A stretch of 64,000 nucleotides of DNA from an uncultured delta proteobacterium (GCA_963737265.1 CAVTRY010000016.1:128001-192000), one strand, 5' to 3'; shown: positions 18,376 to 29,218, numbered from the stretch's first letter. Numbers and translations: made by a program. Notes: a model not told the origin generated them from the sequence alone.

Positions 18376-19422
18376 ATGACAGTTCGCGAACAACTTGAAG
18401 CGGATGAAGACAAGATCCTTTCGCCCTATGCACAGAAGAGCAGTGCCAGCCTCGGTCGCAAGCGGCCCGAGCCGCTCGACGACGTGCGCCCCATCTTCCA
18501 GCACGACCGCGATCGCATCGTGCATTCCAAGGCTTTTCGCCGCCTGGCGGGCAAAACCCAGGTCTTTCTCGCGCCCGAGGGCGACCACTACCGAACCCGC
18601 CTGACCCACACCCTCGAGGTGTCGCAAATCGCCCGCACCATCGCGCGCTCGCTGCGGCTCAACGAATCGCTGACCGAGGCCGTGGTGATGGGCCACGACC
18701 TCGGCCACACGCCGTTCGGTCATGCCGGAGAGCGCGTGCTCGCCAAGCTCATTCCCGGCGGCTTCCACCACGGCCGGCAATCGATCCGCGTGGTCGACGT
18801 GCTGGAGCAAGACGGCCGAGGTCTCAATTTGACCGCCGAGGTGCGCGACGGAATCCTGCGCCATTCCAAGGGCAAGGGAAAGGTGCTGGCCAGCGAAGTC
18901 GATCACGAAGCCTCGACGCTTGAAGGCCAAATCGCGCGCGTGGCCGACATCGCAGCCTACGTCAATCACGACCTCGACGACGCCATCCGCGGCCACGTGA
19001 TCGAGCTTCCCGAAGTTCCCGAGCCCATCCTCAAGGTGCTGGGCAGGACGCACAGCGAACGCATCAGCCGCATGGTCATCGACGTCGTCACGGCCTCACG
19101 CCTCGATGAAAAACGCCACATCGAGATGAGCCCCGAAGTGCTGGGCGCGCTCATGGCCCTGCGCGACTTCCTGTACGAAAAGGTCTACGAGCGGCCCGAG
19201 ATCCACGCCGAGTTCGAGCGCGCGCAGCGCGTGGTGCGCGAGCTGTGGGAATACTTCAACGCCAACGGCGACGAATTCCGCGCCAAGCACTGGCCCAAAG
19301 GCTTGCCTGAAAGCGAAGAGCTGCCACGCGCCGTGGCCGACTTCATCACCGGCATGACCGACAGATACGCCATGCGCACCTACGAGGAATGCTACCTGCC
19401 GCGCCGCTGGATCGTGTTGTGA
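18376..19422 (+). CDS. dgt: dGTP triphosphohydrolase-like HD protein
   Basis: FQHDRDRIVHSKAFRRLAGKTQVF, RTRLTHTLEV, GHDLGHTPFGHAGE. Confidence 0.95.
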   Translation: MTVREQLEADEDKILSPYAQKSSASLGRKRPEPLDDVRPIFQHDRDRIVHSKAFRRLAGKTQVFLAPEGDHYRTRLTHTLEVSQIARTIARSLRLNESLTEAVVMGHDLGHTPFGHAGERVLAKLIPGGFHHGRQSIRVVDVLEQDGRGLNLTAEVRDGILRHSKGKGKVLASEVDHEASTLEGQIARVADIAAYVNHDLDDAIRGHVIELPEVPEPILKVLGRTHSERISRMVIDVVTASRLDEKRHIEMSPEVLGALMALRDFLYEKVYERPEIHAEFERAQRVVRELWEYFNANGDEFRAKHWPKGLPESEELPRAVADFITGMTDRYAMRTYEECYLPRRWIVL

Positions 19423-20328
19423 CTACTGTTGCAGGCCCAGATCCTTTCGAATTGCGACCACCATCTTGCAGTGATCGATGACATCCGCCTCGGATTTGAC
19501 CTCGGACGTGTAATTGAGACCATAGGGCCAGAAATGCTGCGTGTCGGCGGTGAGAACGTCGGTTGCGATGCCGGTGATCGCGCGCAATTGGGCAGTGGCG
19601 TTTCCGCCCGTGAACGGTCCAGACGTTCCACCGTCGGGAATCGCCACGAAGGAACGCCAATTGGACGCCGTACCAATGCCGACGGTGTGGGCAATCTCGT
19701 GCATGGCGGTGATGTATTCCATGTAGGCCGTTCCGCCGAACCGAATCGACCCATTGATGTTGCCGTCGGCGGTTGGCACCGACGCATTGTACGTGACATT
19801 CTCAGCTTTGGTGATGTTGGTGTAACAATTGTAATAGGAAATGGCCTTGTCCATGGCCGTCGTAATTAGGGCGTACGCGCTTTGTTCAGCGGCGGACGGG
19901 TTGGCGGTCTTGGCAAGCGTGTACGTGACGTGTCCAATGTAGGGACAGGACGAAGCGTCGCCGCTCGCATCGGGCGGCGGAAGGGAGGTCGCATCCCAGG
20001 TCGCATCGCTCCCACTGTCGGCGGCAGAATCCGGCTGCGCGTCGAGTTTTGCATCAACCTGTCCGTCCTTGGCGGCGTCGCGGCCAGCTTCCGGCTGCAT
20101 GTCCGTCGAACCGCCGGTTGCAATTCCACCGCCGGTTGCAATTCCACCGCCGGTGGCGATTCCACCGCCGGTTGCAATTCCACCGCCGGTGGCGATTCCG
20201 CCGCCGGTTCCGCTTCCACCGCCGGTGGCAGCAGCCGCGGCATCAGGCTGGGCCGCGATCTTTGAATTCTGACTTGAAGTGCACCCGCCCCAAACCACCG
20301 CCAGAACGAGCAAGCTTCGCTTGATCAT
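19423..20328 (-). CDS. Lipoprotein with GGGIAT repeats and a C-terminal HExxH (zincin-like) domain
   Basis: Signal MIKRSLLVLAVVWGGC, five GGGIAT repeats, AMHEIAHTVGIG. Confidence 0.75.
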   Translation of the reverse strand: MIKRSLLVLAVVWGGCTSSQNSKIAAQPDAAAAATGGGSGTGGGIATGGGIATGGGIATGGGIATGGGIATGGSTDMQPEAGRDAAKDGQVDAKLDAQPDSAADSGSDATWDATSLPPPDASGDASSCPYIGHVTYTLAKTANPSAAEQSAYALITTAMDKAISYYNCYTNITKAENVTYNASVPTADGNINGSIRFGGTAYMEYITAMHEIAHTVGIGTASNWRSFVAIPDGGTSGPFTGGNATAQLRAITGIATDVLTADTQHFWPYGLNYTSEVKSEADVIDHCKMVVAIRKDLGLQQ

Positions 20329-20412
20329 GGGCCCCTTCCGCTGGCCGAATTGAATGCGCTCGAATGTACGCGTCGCGCGCAGCAAATGCACGCGTGGATT
20401 GCGAAGGCAAAT

Positions 20413-20961
20413 CTAGGCGAAACTGCGCACGAAAAGAGCCTCAATGGCGGCCTGCCCGTTCGCCTCGAGGAACCGGGTGCCGGTGCCGCAAAAGAGGGGC
20501 TGCCGGATGCGCGGCTCGCCAGCATCTTGCCAGGCATCGCCGTTCCAGCGCAACCAAGCCGAGCGCACTTGATCGAACACGTACACCGGCTTGTTGAAAA
20601 GGCGAGCGTACTCGGCCGCGATTCCAGTGCCGCCGGTCACGGTATCGTCCGGGTTGATCTTTCCCACGACGAAGATCTCCTGCCCGTTCTGCACCTGGTG
20701 CCAGATGGTTTGCAGAACCTTGCGGAAAAGTGGCGTGTCGGGATATTTGCGGTGCATCAGCTTGGCGAGGTAGCCGAGGCTGACGTCACCGTGGCGCAGC
20801 TCCGCCTGGGTCAGGTCGCGCCGGCCGCGCTGGCGGGCAATGGCGTGCCCCTCGAATGTGAAATTCACCTCGTCGATGCCGTAGCGCTCCGCCGCCGCAC
20901 CAAACGCTGCCTCGGCGCCGTTGGCGGCCCCGCTGAAGCAAATGCAATCTTCACGTTTCAT
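20413..20961 (-). CDS. Conserved hypothetical protein, possible SLOG/DprA-like nucleotide-binding fold
   Basis: SGAANGAEAAF and GGTG motifs, coding-like composition. Confidence 0.65.
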   Translation of the reverse strand: MKREDCICFSGAANGAEAAFGAAAERYGIDEVNFTFEGHAIARQRGRRDLTQAELRHGDVSLGYLAKLMHRKYPDTPLFRKVLQTIWHQVQNGQEIFVVGKINPDDTVTGGTGIAAEYARLFNKPVYVFDQVRSAWLRWNGDAWQDAGEPRIRQPLFCGTGTRFLEANGQAAIEALFVRSFA

Positions 20962-21044
20962 GGTCGATCCTCGCTGAATGTGTCAGGTCGCGACGAATGT
21001 TGCGCAAGCGCGGGAGGATGTCCGACCGGAGCGCCCTCGTCAAC

Positions 21045-22094
21045 CTACCCTTTCACGAGCATGCGCACGGCGCTGACCAGATCCGAGCTGCCGACCTGCA
21101 CGGAAATCGAGGGATCGAGCTTGCGCAGGAACCAGCGGACCGTCCACTGCGAGCTGGTGCCCGGCGCGAGGCTAGCGTAGGCGCCCTGGTTCTCGACCTC
21201 GATGTAGGTGCGGGCCGCGTCAGTGTAAAGCTCGATTTCCGCCTCGCCGGGTGCGGCTTGCGCGGGTGGCGTATCGCTGAATGCCTTGACCAACAGTAAG
21301 TCGCTGTCGACGTGCGCGATCCAGCCTTCGTTGCCATCGGCAAAAACTTTCTGCTCGTTGGTGATGGTCGCTGCGTCGTAAGCGAACCAGGCCACACCCC
21401 CCGACATCTGCAAGGTGAGCAGGTCCTGCGGGCCCTTGGTCGGGGCGCCGTCGCCCATCGGGAAAAAAGTCAAGCCGCCGGCCGCGACCCGCGTGATTTC
21501 CCACGGCGCAACCGAGCGGGCCTGGGTTCCACGATTGACGAGCGCATAGTCGATGGTCACCACCCCAGCGGCGCTGTCGATGGAAAACGTCTTGGTCACG
21601 GAAAGCCCCAGCGCGCCGAACGTGGCGCTCGCCAGCGACAGCGTGTTACCCGCCAGCGAAGCCGTGTACGGACCGGAGTCGATTTCCGCCGGAGGTGGCC
21701 AATTCCAAGCACTCTGCGGGCTCGGCCAAAAGGTCGAGCCCCAATTGATGTCCTGGCTATTTTTTGCCGCCGTGAGGATGTTGCGTCCACCGAGCGAGAA
21801 CGTGACGATGCGTCCGCCGATCGCCGCGTCGATCGCGAACGCGGTGTCACCAAAGGCGTAGGTGTAAACGCTGCCTGCTACCGTCGGCGCTGATGGATCC
21901 TTCGTCATCGTGTCTCCTGGTGTGTTCGTGGCCACGTCGCCGCTGCATCCCGGCAGCACGCCGAGGCCACCCGCCAGCAGCGCCGCGACCCGTGCGACTG
22001 ACTGGCCGACGGTCTGGCCGAGAAGAGATCGTTCGGGCGATCGCTGCAGCGATCTTTGGGCTCGGGATGGATGGGTTGAACGGACGCGGGGCAT
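21045..22094 (-). CDS. DUF4380-like lipoprotein (true start probably downstream of 22094)
   Basis: Lipobox LPGC, GGRIVTFSLGGRNIL, GSTFWPSPQSAW, YIEVENQGAY. Confidence 0.7.
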   Translation of the reverse strand: MPRVRSTHPSRAQRSLQRSPERSLLGQTVGQSVARVAALLAGGLGVLPGCSGDVATNTPGDTMTKDPSAPTVAGSVYTYAFGDTAFAIDAAIGGRIVTFSLGGRNILTAAKNSQDINWGSTFWPSPQSAWNWPPPAEIDSGPYTASLAGNTLSLASATFGALGLSVTKTFSIDSAAGVVTIDYALVNRGTQARSVAPWEITRVAAGGLTFFPMGDGAPTKGPQDLLTLQMSGGVAWFAYDAATITNEQKVFADGNEGWIAHVDSDLLLVKAFSDTPPAQAAPGEAEIELYTDAARTYIEVENQGAYASLAPGTSSQWTVRWFLRKLDPSISVQVGSSDLVSAVRMLVKG

Positions 22095-22118
22095 GCGGGT
22101 CTATGGCCGGACATCTTG

Positions 22119-22409
22119 TCACAGCTCACGCCCCCTGACACCTGCTCCGTTCGCTGCGTAATCGCGCGACAAGCGCAGCGACGTCGCGGAGGCGGCAGAA
22201 GAAGGGCGCCTTTCCAGGATGGACGCGCCACCCAGTTGGAGTGATGAATGGTGGTCGTAGACGTCGTCGTCGTCGTGGTCGTCGAGGACGCGAGCGTAGC
22301 GAGCGGGGGTGGTGGTGGGAGGGCAGGTCCCGAAGCTCCCGAAGGGAGGGCCGACGAAGGTCACTCCGGCCACGGCCAAGACCACGACTGCGGCCACGAC
22401 GTTCTGCAC
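22119..22409 (-). CDS. Small hypothetical protein
   Basis: Hydrophobic N-terminus and an Asp/His tract; fills the gap between co-oriented genes. Confidence 0.3.
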   Translation of the reverse strand: MQNVVAAVVVLAVAGVTFVGPPFGSFGTCPPTTTPARYARVLDDHDDDDVYDHHSSLQLGGASILERRPSSAASATSLRLSRDYAANGAGVRGREL

Positions 22410-22437
22410 CTATCGCGGGATTACGTCCGCCTTCGTT

Positions 22438-23691
22438 CTATTGCGCCTGTCCCGCCAGACGAACCAGTGTGTTGGCCAGAGCAGCCGCCACGTATTCCAT
22501 GCGATGGACGGCGAATTCTTCCACGTGGCCGCCTTTGCGCCCCTGAGCGTAGAGCAGAAGCACCGTCTGTCCGGAGGCTATGACGGGAGCCACCAACACC
22601 TCACGTGGAGGCTCGCTGCCAAGAGCGAGCCACAGCGACCTATGCACGTTCTGGCCATCGGGAGGCGGCGGTCCATGAAAAATCGCGCCCTGCGTGTTGG
22701 CCGCGCGAAAACACGAAGGCAGAGACAGTGAAAAGACGATGCTCTCGACCCCCGGGCATTCCGCGCCGTGGTTGTAGCCGAAGCGTCCCTCGGCGAAGAC
22801 GCCGTTGACGGCGAACATGGCGCCCGCGCCAAAACAGGATCGCATGAAGGCGAACAAGCTGTCGGCAGCGCTCTGGCGATCCGGGGCGGAGGCGATATGC
22901 TCGACTGCGGCGTCCGGGCCGGTAACCGCGACCATGGGTGGAACAGGCGTTTGTGCGAGCGCCTCCTCGGCGTAATTCGATGGCGCGTAAGGATCGCGCC
23001 CCGGCGCCGCGGGCGTGAACATCGGCATGTCGTTCATCGCCGAAAGGTAGGACTGCGTCTGCTTCACGGAACGCGCCGCCACCGGTCTGGCCGCCCCGAT
23101 CGGACGACGAGGGAACGCGGACGGATGCGGCGTATACGCCTCGTCGTTGACCGCGCTAGGAACGATGTCTGGGCGGTTGTCATAAGCGACGGGCGTTCGG
23201 TCCGACCAATTGGCAGACGTGCCGGGCACGCCAACGATGGGGTTAAAACCAGTGGTCCGGCGGCGGGGCATGGCGTAGAGAAGCTCCAGCTGCCGGGCCA
23301 GCACCATCTCGGGCACGACCATGGGTTCGATGCTTGAGCCGAGGACGAAGGCGAGCTCCTCGACGATCTTGAGGTTGCCGGGATTGACCATAGCCACGGC
23401 CACGCGCCTGGTTTGGGTCGCAAAGAGTGGAATAGACTGGAAATTCGCCGCCTGGTGCGCCCGCAAGCGCTTGCGCAAGATCGGGTCGGCGCGGGCAAAG
23501 TCGCGCTCCAGAGCGGGAGGAACCCCGTGCTGCACACCCAGCGCCTGGGCAAGCTCATCGGTCGTAATCGCGCCGCTGTTCACAAGATCGGCGGCCAGCT
23601 GATCGTCGGAAAGATTCGCCGGGCCGACCAACGAACGGAGCTGATTCAAGGTAACGAGACCGCGCTCACACAGAATCTCCACCAGCCTCAT
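22438..23691 (-). CDS. GspE/PilB N-terminal-domain protein (MshEN/T2SSE_N-like), no ATPase
   Basis: MRLVEIL..GLVT, LAQALGVQHGVP, VAVAMVNP..VEELAFVLG. No Walker A motif. Confidence 0.75.
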   Translation of the reverse strand: MRLVEILCERGLVTLNQLRSLVGPANLSDDQLAADLVNSGAITTDELAQALGVQHGVPPALERDFARADPILRKRLRAHQAANFQSIPLFATQTRRVAVAMVNPGNLKIVEELAFVLGSSIEPMVVPEMVLARQLELLYAMPRRRTTGFNPIVGVPGTSANWSDRTPVAYDNRPDIVPSAVNDEAYTPHPSAFPRRPIGAARPVAARSVKQTQSYLSAMNDMPMFTPAAPGRDPYAPSNYAEEALAQTPVPPMVAVTGPDAAVEHIASAPDRQSAADSLFAFMRSCFGAGAMFAVNGVFAEGRFGYNHGAECPGVESIVFSLSLPSCFRAANTQGAIFHGPPPPDGQNVHRSLWLALGSEPPREVLVAPVIASGQTVLLLYAQGRKGGHVEEFAVHRMEYVAAALANTLVRLAGQAQ

Positions 23692-23873
23692 CGCGGCCCC
23701 CAAAAACGACTAGCGCTACGCTGTTTCATGGCTCTCCTTGGGGTCAGCAAAGATCCCCAAGGTTCAAATTCTCGGCAGGCCGACCGGATTCCTGGAGCCG
23801 CGAAACTCCGGCGCGCGCAGGTCGCTAATTACACACGTCAAATTCGGAAATCGCAAATACGAAGGGCCGGGTG

Positions 23874-24434
23874 TCAGCCCACGATCCAACGCACGACAAA
23901 GACGGCCGTGGCCGCGCCGCCTGCCAACATGGAAGCAAGCCAGAGCCTGCGACTTTCGATGAGCGCACCGATCGCCGAAAGGCCGATTGACACCTGCAGC
24001 AAGGTCACCGTGCTGGCGAACCATTCATGCCGGGCCAACTCCTCCTTGGATTCTTTCTCGAGACGGCCGGCCTCCGTGCGAATCTCTTCCTGTTCGTGCA
24101 GGTACTTTTCCACGTCGCCGCGTAGGGCGCCGATGCGCGCCGGGTCGGCATGCAACTCGCCTAGAATCTCCAGCTCCGCCGTGCGCGTCGCCGCCTTGTT
24201 CCCCTTGGCTTGGTAGTAGGCCCACTGATCCGTCGCCAGGGACTGCTTGAGCAACGCCTCGTTCGCGCAGCGACCCGACTTCAGCGACGCCACCGCCGCG
24301 ATCACCGCCAGGCACGCCGACGACACCGCCAGGCCACGCAACCACGGCACGCGATGCTTTTCCTCTTGCGCCTTCTCGTGCGCCGCCTCGGCCGGCTTGT
24401 CGACACCGACTTCTCCGATTTCGGTCTCTTCCAT
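23874..24434 (-). CDS. DUF4337-family membrane protein
   Basis: ATDQWAYYQAKG, LLQVSIGLSAI. Confidence 0.8.
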   Translation of the reverse strand: MEETEIGEVGVDKPAEAAHEKAQEEKHRVPWLRGLAVSSACLAVIAAVASLKSGRCANEALLKQSLATDQWAYYQAKGNKAATRTAELEILGELHADPARIGALRGDVEKYLHEQEEIRTEAGRLEKESKEELARHEWFASTVTLLQVSIGLSAIGALIESRRLWLASMLAGGAATAVFVVRWIVG

Positions 24435-24566
24435 GGCACTCCATCCAGTTGTTTCGAGGCGGCCATCCTACCGTGAAGCGGCGGGATGGACTGCTGGATT
24501 TGGCGCGTGCCTGCCCCGATGCGCGCCCCCGCAGGTCGAGGCGTGGCGAAGCGGCACGCAGCCAAA

Positions 24567-27500
24567 CTACTGCGCGGGCACGGTCATTGGATTGGGAAAA
24601 TTGCCGGTCAGGAAGAGGTCAGAGTACACGCCAAGCGATTCCTGGAAGTAGCGATCATTTTCAATCGTTGTCGAGATGGCCTCCTCGATGGCCTCGCGGC
24701 GGATGTCGCTGGTCGTTGCATTGCCATCGTTGAACAGGCTGACGTAGTTGCACATGGCCATATTGACCGTGTACGAATTGTGTCCCTGGCCTGGGTCGCA
24801 ATTGGCTACCGTGCCATCACCGTGAAGATTGTCGCAGATCGATGAGAAGCGATTGGCGTTGGCCTCCACCGGATTGTTCTTGTAGAAGTTGTTGAAGAAC
24901 TGCTGCGTATTGTCGATCTTGGCCTGCATGCGCGACTTGGGCCCAAAGTGCGGTGAAGAATTGGCCGCGTTTTCCGGCAACACCGCATTGCCGAACCAAG
25001 CCGCGTCGATGCCCACGCGCCAGAGCGAGCGCAGCCCTTCGTAGGTTCCCAAGTTGACGTCCGCGCAGGGCGTCTTTGCGTCCCCCGTGTCACCCACGAG
25101 CCCGGGGTTCAACCCGGGCTGGTCGTAGCACTCCTCCAGCATCTGATAGACGGTCTCGGCGACCTTGTACCAGAAGTCGTGGTGCGATTGTCCATTCGCC
25201 GCCGTCTGGCCGGCGGGCACGTTGGCGGCCAGGTAGTCGCCGAACACCCTGAAATACCCGGGCGGATAGTAGTCCATGTAGATCTTGTTGGGAAATCCGG
25301 GCGTGTAGGAACAGGGTTGCCCAGGGTAATTCTGACAATTCTTGCCGTCCGTATCGCCCGACGACGGATAGTTCCAGACCCCGTCGTACTTCGTATTGAT
25401 TTCGCACTCCATCTTGGTCAGCCAGTCAATGGCCGCCTGCTTGTAGTCGGCGGGCCACTGCAACGCCGCGTACACGAGGCCGATGCCGATATCCACGTCG
25501 CCATCAAAGGCACTGTCATCGTTGCCGCCGCAGCCTTCGTGGTCGGGATCGCAGGGCGTGTCGAGGGGCCGGCAATTCTGCGCGCTTTGCCACATCCAAC
25601 CCATCAGCCCGCCACAGTATTTCTTCGCGTTCTGCGACATATAGGCACGCGCGAACATCCACAGCCTACCGACCAGATCCTTATCGCCGATAGCTGCCGC
25701 GATGGCCATGCCGTAACCTTGGCCTTCGCTGACGGTTTCCGGCGGGTCGGTGTGAACGCGGGCATCACCCTTGTTGCAGGCGTCGTCGACAATGTAGTTC
25801 TGCTTCCAAATTCCGTAGCGCTCCCACACGAAGGCGTTGAAGAGATCCTGAACCGTGGACGTTTGTGGATAGATGTACGCGAGCGAGCCGCCGTAGGGAT
25901 AGGCGTACTGCGTCCGGTTGTACGGGAACCAGGCCCCGTTGTTAAAGCCGACCGTCACCGGCGTGGCCGGCGGCTTGGGCGCGCACATGCTGTCATTCCA
26001 ATTGCCGGTCGCCGACCAGTCGCCGTTGGTGCCGTCCGGATAGTAGTTGAAGAACATGAAGTTCGGCGGATCGACCGTTCGGGGAATGTCCGGCTTGCCG
26101 TAGTACCAGCGCAGCCAGTAGTCGGCGGCCGTGGTGGGGAGTGGTCTCGCCGTGACTGTATTCCACTCTGGGTTGTGGGTCTTGTCGACCGCGCGCCAGG
26201 TCGCCCCCGCGACGAAATAGGCGTCCGGAACCGGACAATTGAACCACGGACGATCCTGTTCGCGATAACAAATGACCTCAAGCGTATTGCCGGCGGTCAC
26301 TTCCATTTCGATCCACTGGGGCATGAGCTCCGGCTTGGGGAAGAAGGTGAAGGTCTTCTGCCCGGCCCAGATATAGCGAAAATGGAGCGAGTGATAGTTG
26401 GGCGGCTGGGGCGGATTGCATGGATCCACGGTCACGGTGCTGCCGCCGCAACCCGGTCCGGGGTCAGCCGTGTAGACGAAGTAGGTGTTCGATTGCAGCG
26501 ACCAGTCCTGACACATGGGGATCGAGGCCGAGGTGTTGTCGGGCGCTCCGGTGTAGGCAATCCAGTACTCTTTCGCTGTGCGCGGTGGCAGCGTGATGCC
26601 GGGCGTGTAGAGGCCGACCGACTCATCGGGGTAACGGAAAGTAATCTGCGGTTCGGTGCCGGTGGTCGGCCAAACGCTATTGGGAACCATCACGTAATAC
26701 CAGGGACATTGGCCATCCTGGAACTCCAGCACCGCGGCCATCGTGCAGCCGAAGCCCTTGACGGCAATGCTGCCCGGGTAGGGCGGCGGACTGAAGCCGA
26801 GCTTGGCGTCCCCGCAACCCGATCCGGGATAGCCGGTCTTGACCGGATCGCTCCACGGCCAGCGGAAGTGGATCTTGGTGTAGCCGGTCGGTATCGTTTC
26901 GTCCGGGGGCGTCCCGATCTTGCACGCTAGCGCCGCGAGCGTGCTGCTGTCGGAGGTGACGTGGAACTTGCCGCTGCCGATCGGCACGTTGGGATAGGCA
27001 CTGTAATCGCCGGTCAGCGAGCTACTCGGCCCGGTGTACTCGATCCAGAACTCCTTGCTCTGGTTCACCGACGTGATGTCGAAGGCACCCGAGGCATTGC
27101 TCGCCGCACACGCATCGGCGCCGATGGGCTCGATCTGAATCTTCGTGACCTTGCTCGGGATGCAAACCGAATAGTAGGTGCACGGCGGGTTGCCGTTGAT
27201 ATCGGTCGAGCCGTCGAGGCGAGCGGCGTAAGTGCTATAGCTGCCGCTCGGGTCGATGATCACGACGCCGAGCGGCGGCGAGGCCATCGTGTTCATGGTC
27301 GGAGTCACGCCCGCGGACCACAGGTCGCGCACATGGACGCGCACCTGGCCGGGCGGACAGGTCAGCGTTTCGACGGGCGGTGTGGTGTCCGGTGAACCGG
27401 TGCCGCCGTCCGGCTTCAGGTTGACCGGGGGAAAGAGGCTGGGCAACCCCGCGTCGGAAAGGCCTACCGGAGGCGGGGCCGCGACCGTCGTCTCGTCGGT

Positions 27501-27626
27501 GACGCCGACCGAGCCAGGCTGGGCGACCGACACGAGCAGGAGGTGCGAGTTGCAGCTGATCGACGCGCCGACCAGGGCCACTGCCGTGAACCCGATGCGC
27601 AGGTACTTCCAGACGGAGGAATTCAT
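24567..27626 (-). CDS. Secreted or lipid-anchored glycoside hydrolase family 8 with a long repeated N-terminal region
   Basis: TVSEGQGYGMAIAA, GLMGW, SAFDGDVDIGIGL; signal with lipobox SISC. Confidence 0.85.
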   Translation of the reverse strand: MNSSVWKYLRIGFTAVALVGASISCNSHLLLVSVAQPGSVGVTDETTVAAPPPVGLSDAGLPSLFPPVNLKPDGGTGSPDTTPPVETLTCPPGQVRVHVRDLWSAGVTPTMNTMASPPLGVVIIDPSGSYSTYAARLDGSTDINGNPPCTYYSVCIPSKVTKIQIEPIGADACAASNASGAFDITSVNQSKEFWIEYTGPSSSLTGDYSAYPNVPIGSGKFHVTSDSSTLAALACKIGTPPDETIPTGYTKIHFRWPWSDPVKTGYPGSGCGDAKLGFSPPPYPGSIAVKGFGCTMAAVLEFQDGQCPWYYVMVPNSVWPTTGTEPQITFRYPDESVGLYTPGITLPPRTAKEYWIAYTGAPDNTSASIPMCQDWSLQSNTYFVYTADPGPGCGGSTVTVDPCNPPQPPNYHSLHFRYIWAGQKTFTFFPKPELMPQWIEMEVTAGNTLEVICYREQDRPWFNCPVPDAYFVAGATWRAVDKTHNPEWNTVTARPLPTTAADYWLRWYYGKPDIPRTVDPPNFMFFNYYPDGTNGDWSATGNWNDSMCAPKPPATPVTVGFNNGAWFPYNRTQYAYPYGGSLAYIYPQTSTVQDLFNAFVWERYGIWKQNYIVDDACNKGDARVHTDPPETVSEGQGYGMAIAAAIGDKDLVGRLWMFARAYMSQNAKKYCGGLMGWMWQSAQNCRPLDTPCDPDHEGCGGNDDSAFDGDVDIGIGLVYAALQWPADYKQAAIDWLTKMECEINTKYDGVWNYPSSGDTDGKNCQNYPGQPCSYTPGFPNKIYMDYYPPGYFRVFGDYLAANVPAGQTAANGQSHHDFWYKVAETVYQMLEECYDQPGLNPGLVGDTGDAKTPCADVNLGTYEGLRSLWRVGIDAAWFGNAVLPENAANSSPHFGPKSRMQAKIDNTQQFFNNFYKNNPVEANANRFSSICDNLHGDGTVANCDPGQGHNSYTVNMAMCNYVSLFNDGNATTSDIRREAIEEAISTTIENDRYFQESLGVYSDLFLTGNFPNPMTVPAQ

Positions 27627-27856
27627 GAATATCACCCGATATAGATAACATCGGTTCCGGGGCGATTGGGAATAAGCCGATGGCAAGCAACCCAACCCAC
27701 CTTTCCGTGCGGTCTTACCGTGCGGTCTTGGCGCCCGAAAAGATGCGAATGCCGCCGGTCGACCGCTCCTTTTCGCTTCCACTGCCTGGCAATGGTGCAT
27801 ACCGCCAGGTACTGTGGGTTGGGCGCGCAAATTCGTCCAAAACGCCGACAGTCTCG

Positions 27857-29218
27857 ATGAAGCCAGGCAACGAAAAGCTGAGCGCACCGCGCGAGGAGCT
27901 ACGCGTGTTGCTGCGGCTATCGTTGCCTCTTATGGCATCCCAGGTCGGGATGATGTTGCTTGGGGTCGTGGAGACGATCATCGTGGGGCGGGCGGGGACC
28001 ACGGCGCTGGCGGCCGTGTCGCTTGGCAACGTGTGGAGCCAGGGCACGATTCTGGTGGCGATGGGCGTGGTGATGGGTGCGGATCCGCTTCTCAGTCAGG
28101 CCTACGGAGCGGGCGATAACCGGACTGCGGCCCTGACCTTTCAGCGCGGCCTGGTCTTGTCCATGCTTCTCGGCGTGCCGCTGTCGGTGCTGTGGCTGTT
28201 CACGCAGCCGGTGCTGTCCGGCCTGGGCCAGGAGCCCGGCCTGTCTCGCCTGGCGGCCACCTTCGTCGCGGTGCAAGCCCCCACCGCCTTCGGCTTCCTG
28301 GTCTTCACCCTGACTCGGCAGTACCTAGCGGCCCGCGGCGTCGTGGCTCCCGCGCTGTGGGTCGTGTTGGTGGTGAACGTGCTCAACGCCGGTCTCACCT
28401 GGTGGCTGGTGTTTGGCGGAACCGGGCTGCCGGCCGTGGTCGGCGCGGGCTTGGCGGGCGGAGGCGTGCGCCTGATCCTGCCCGCCATGTTGCTCGGGCT
28501 GATCTTCTGGTCCGGCCTGCACCGTCCGGCGTGGACCGCCTGGGGCCGCGAGTCATTCGACTGGCGCCGCATCGGCCGCATCGCCTGGCTCGGCCTGCCC
28601 ATCGGCGTGCAGTTCGGCCTCGAAGTGTGGGCCTTCCAGATTTCCACCCTGGTAGCCGGGAAACTGGGCGAGGTGCCGCTCGGCGCGCAGGCCATCGTGC
28701 TCAACCTGGCGTCGTTCAGCTTCATGTTTCCGCTCGGCATCTCCACCGCGGCCAGCGTGCGCGTGGGCAATTTGATCGGGGCGGGCGACGAGGTCGGCGC
28801 CCGGCGAGCCGCACGCCTGGCCCTGCTGCTAGGCGCGGGCGTCATGTCGCTGTTCGGCGCCGCCTTCCTTCTGCTGCGCTGGCAGTTGCCCCACCTGTAC
28901 GGCGCCGAGCCGGCCGTGACCGCCCTGTGCGCCCGCGTCCTGCCCATCGTGGCCGCGTTTCAAATGCTCAACGGCACGCAAGTCGTGGCCAGCGGCATCC
29001 TACGCGGCCTCGGCCGCACCAAGCCCGCCGCGGTGATGAACTTCGGCGGCTACTACGTTCTGGCCCTGCCGCTGGCCTACTACCTTAGCCTCCGCCGCGG
29101 CTTGGGATTGCAAGGCGTGTGGTGGGGCCTGGCCGCAGGTTTGCTGTTCGTCACGACCGGCCTACTGACCCTGGTCCTGCGCGAGCGCGCCTACCACGCC
29201 CGGCGCACGCGGACGTGA
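27857..29218 (+). CDS. MATE-family efflux transporter
   Basis: Multiple TM helices, LSQAYGAG, SVRVGNLIGAG, GILRGLG. Confidence 0.92.
   Translation: MKPGNEKLSAPREELRVLLRLSLPLMASQVGMMLLGVVETIIVGRAGTTALAAVSLGNVWSQGTILVAMGVVMGADPLLSQAYGAGDNRTAALTFQRGLVLSMLLGVPLSVLWLFTQPVLSGLGQEPGLSRLAATFVAVQAPTAFGFLVFTLTRQYLAARGVVAPALWVVLVVNVLNAGLTWWLVFGGTGLPAVVGAGLAGGGVRLILPAMLLGLIFWSGLHRPAWTAWGRESFDWRRIGRIAWLGLPIGVQFGLEVWAFQISTLVAGKLGEVPLGAQAIVLNLASFSFMFPLGISTAASVRVGNLIGAGDEVGARRAARLALLLGAGVMSLFGAAFLLLRWQLPHLYGAEPAVTALCARVLPIVAAFQMLNGTQVVASGILRGLGRTKPAAVMNFGGYYVLALPLAYYLSLRRGLGLQGVWWGLAAGLLFVTTGLLTLVLRERAYHARRTRT

Noticed and set aside
20110-20205. 18-bp tandem repeat as a non-coding element
   Set aside because: Encodes the GGGIAT linker of a lipoprotein.
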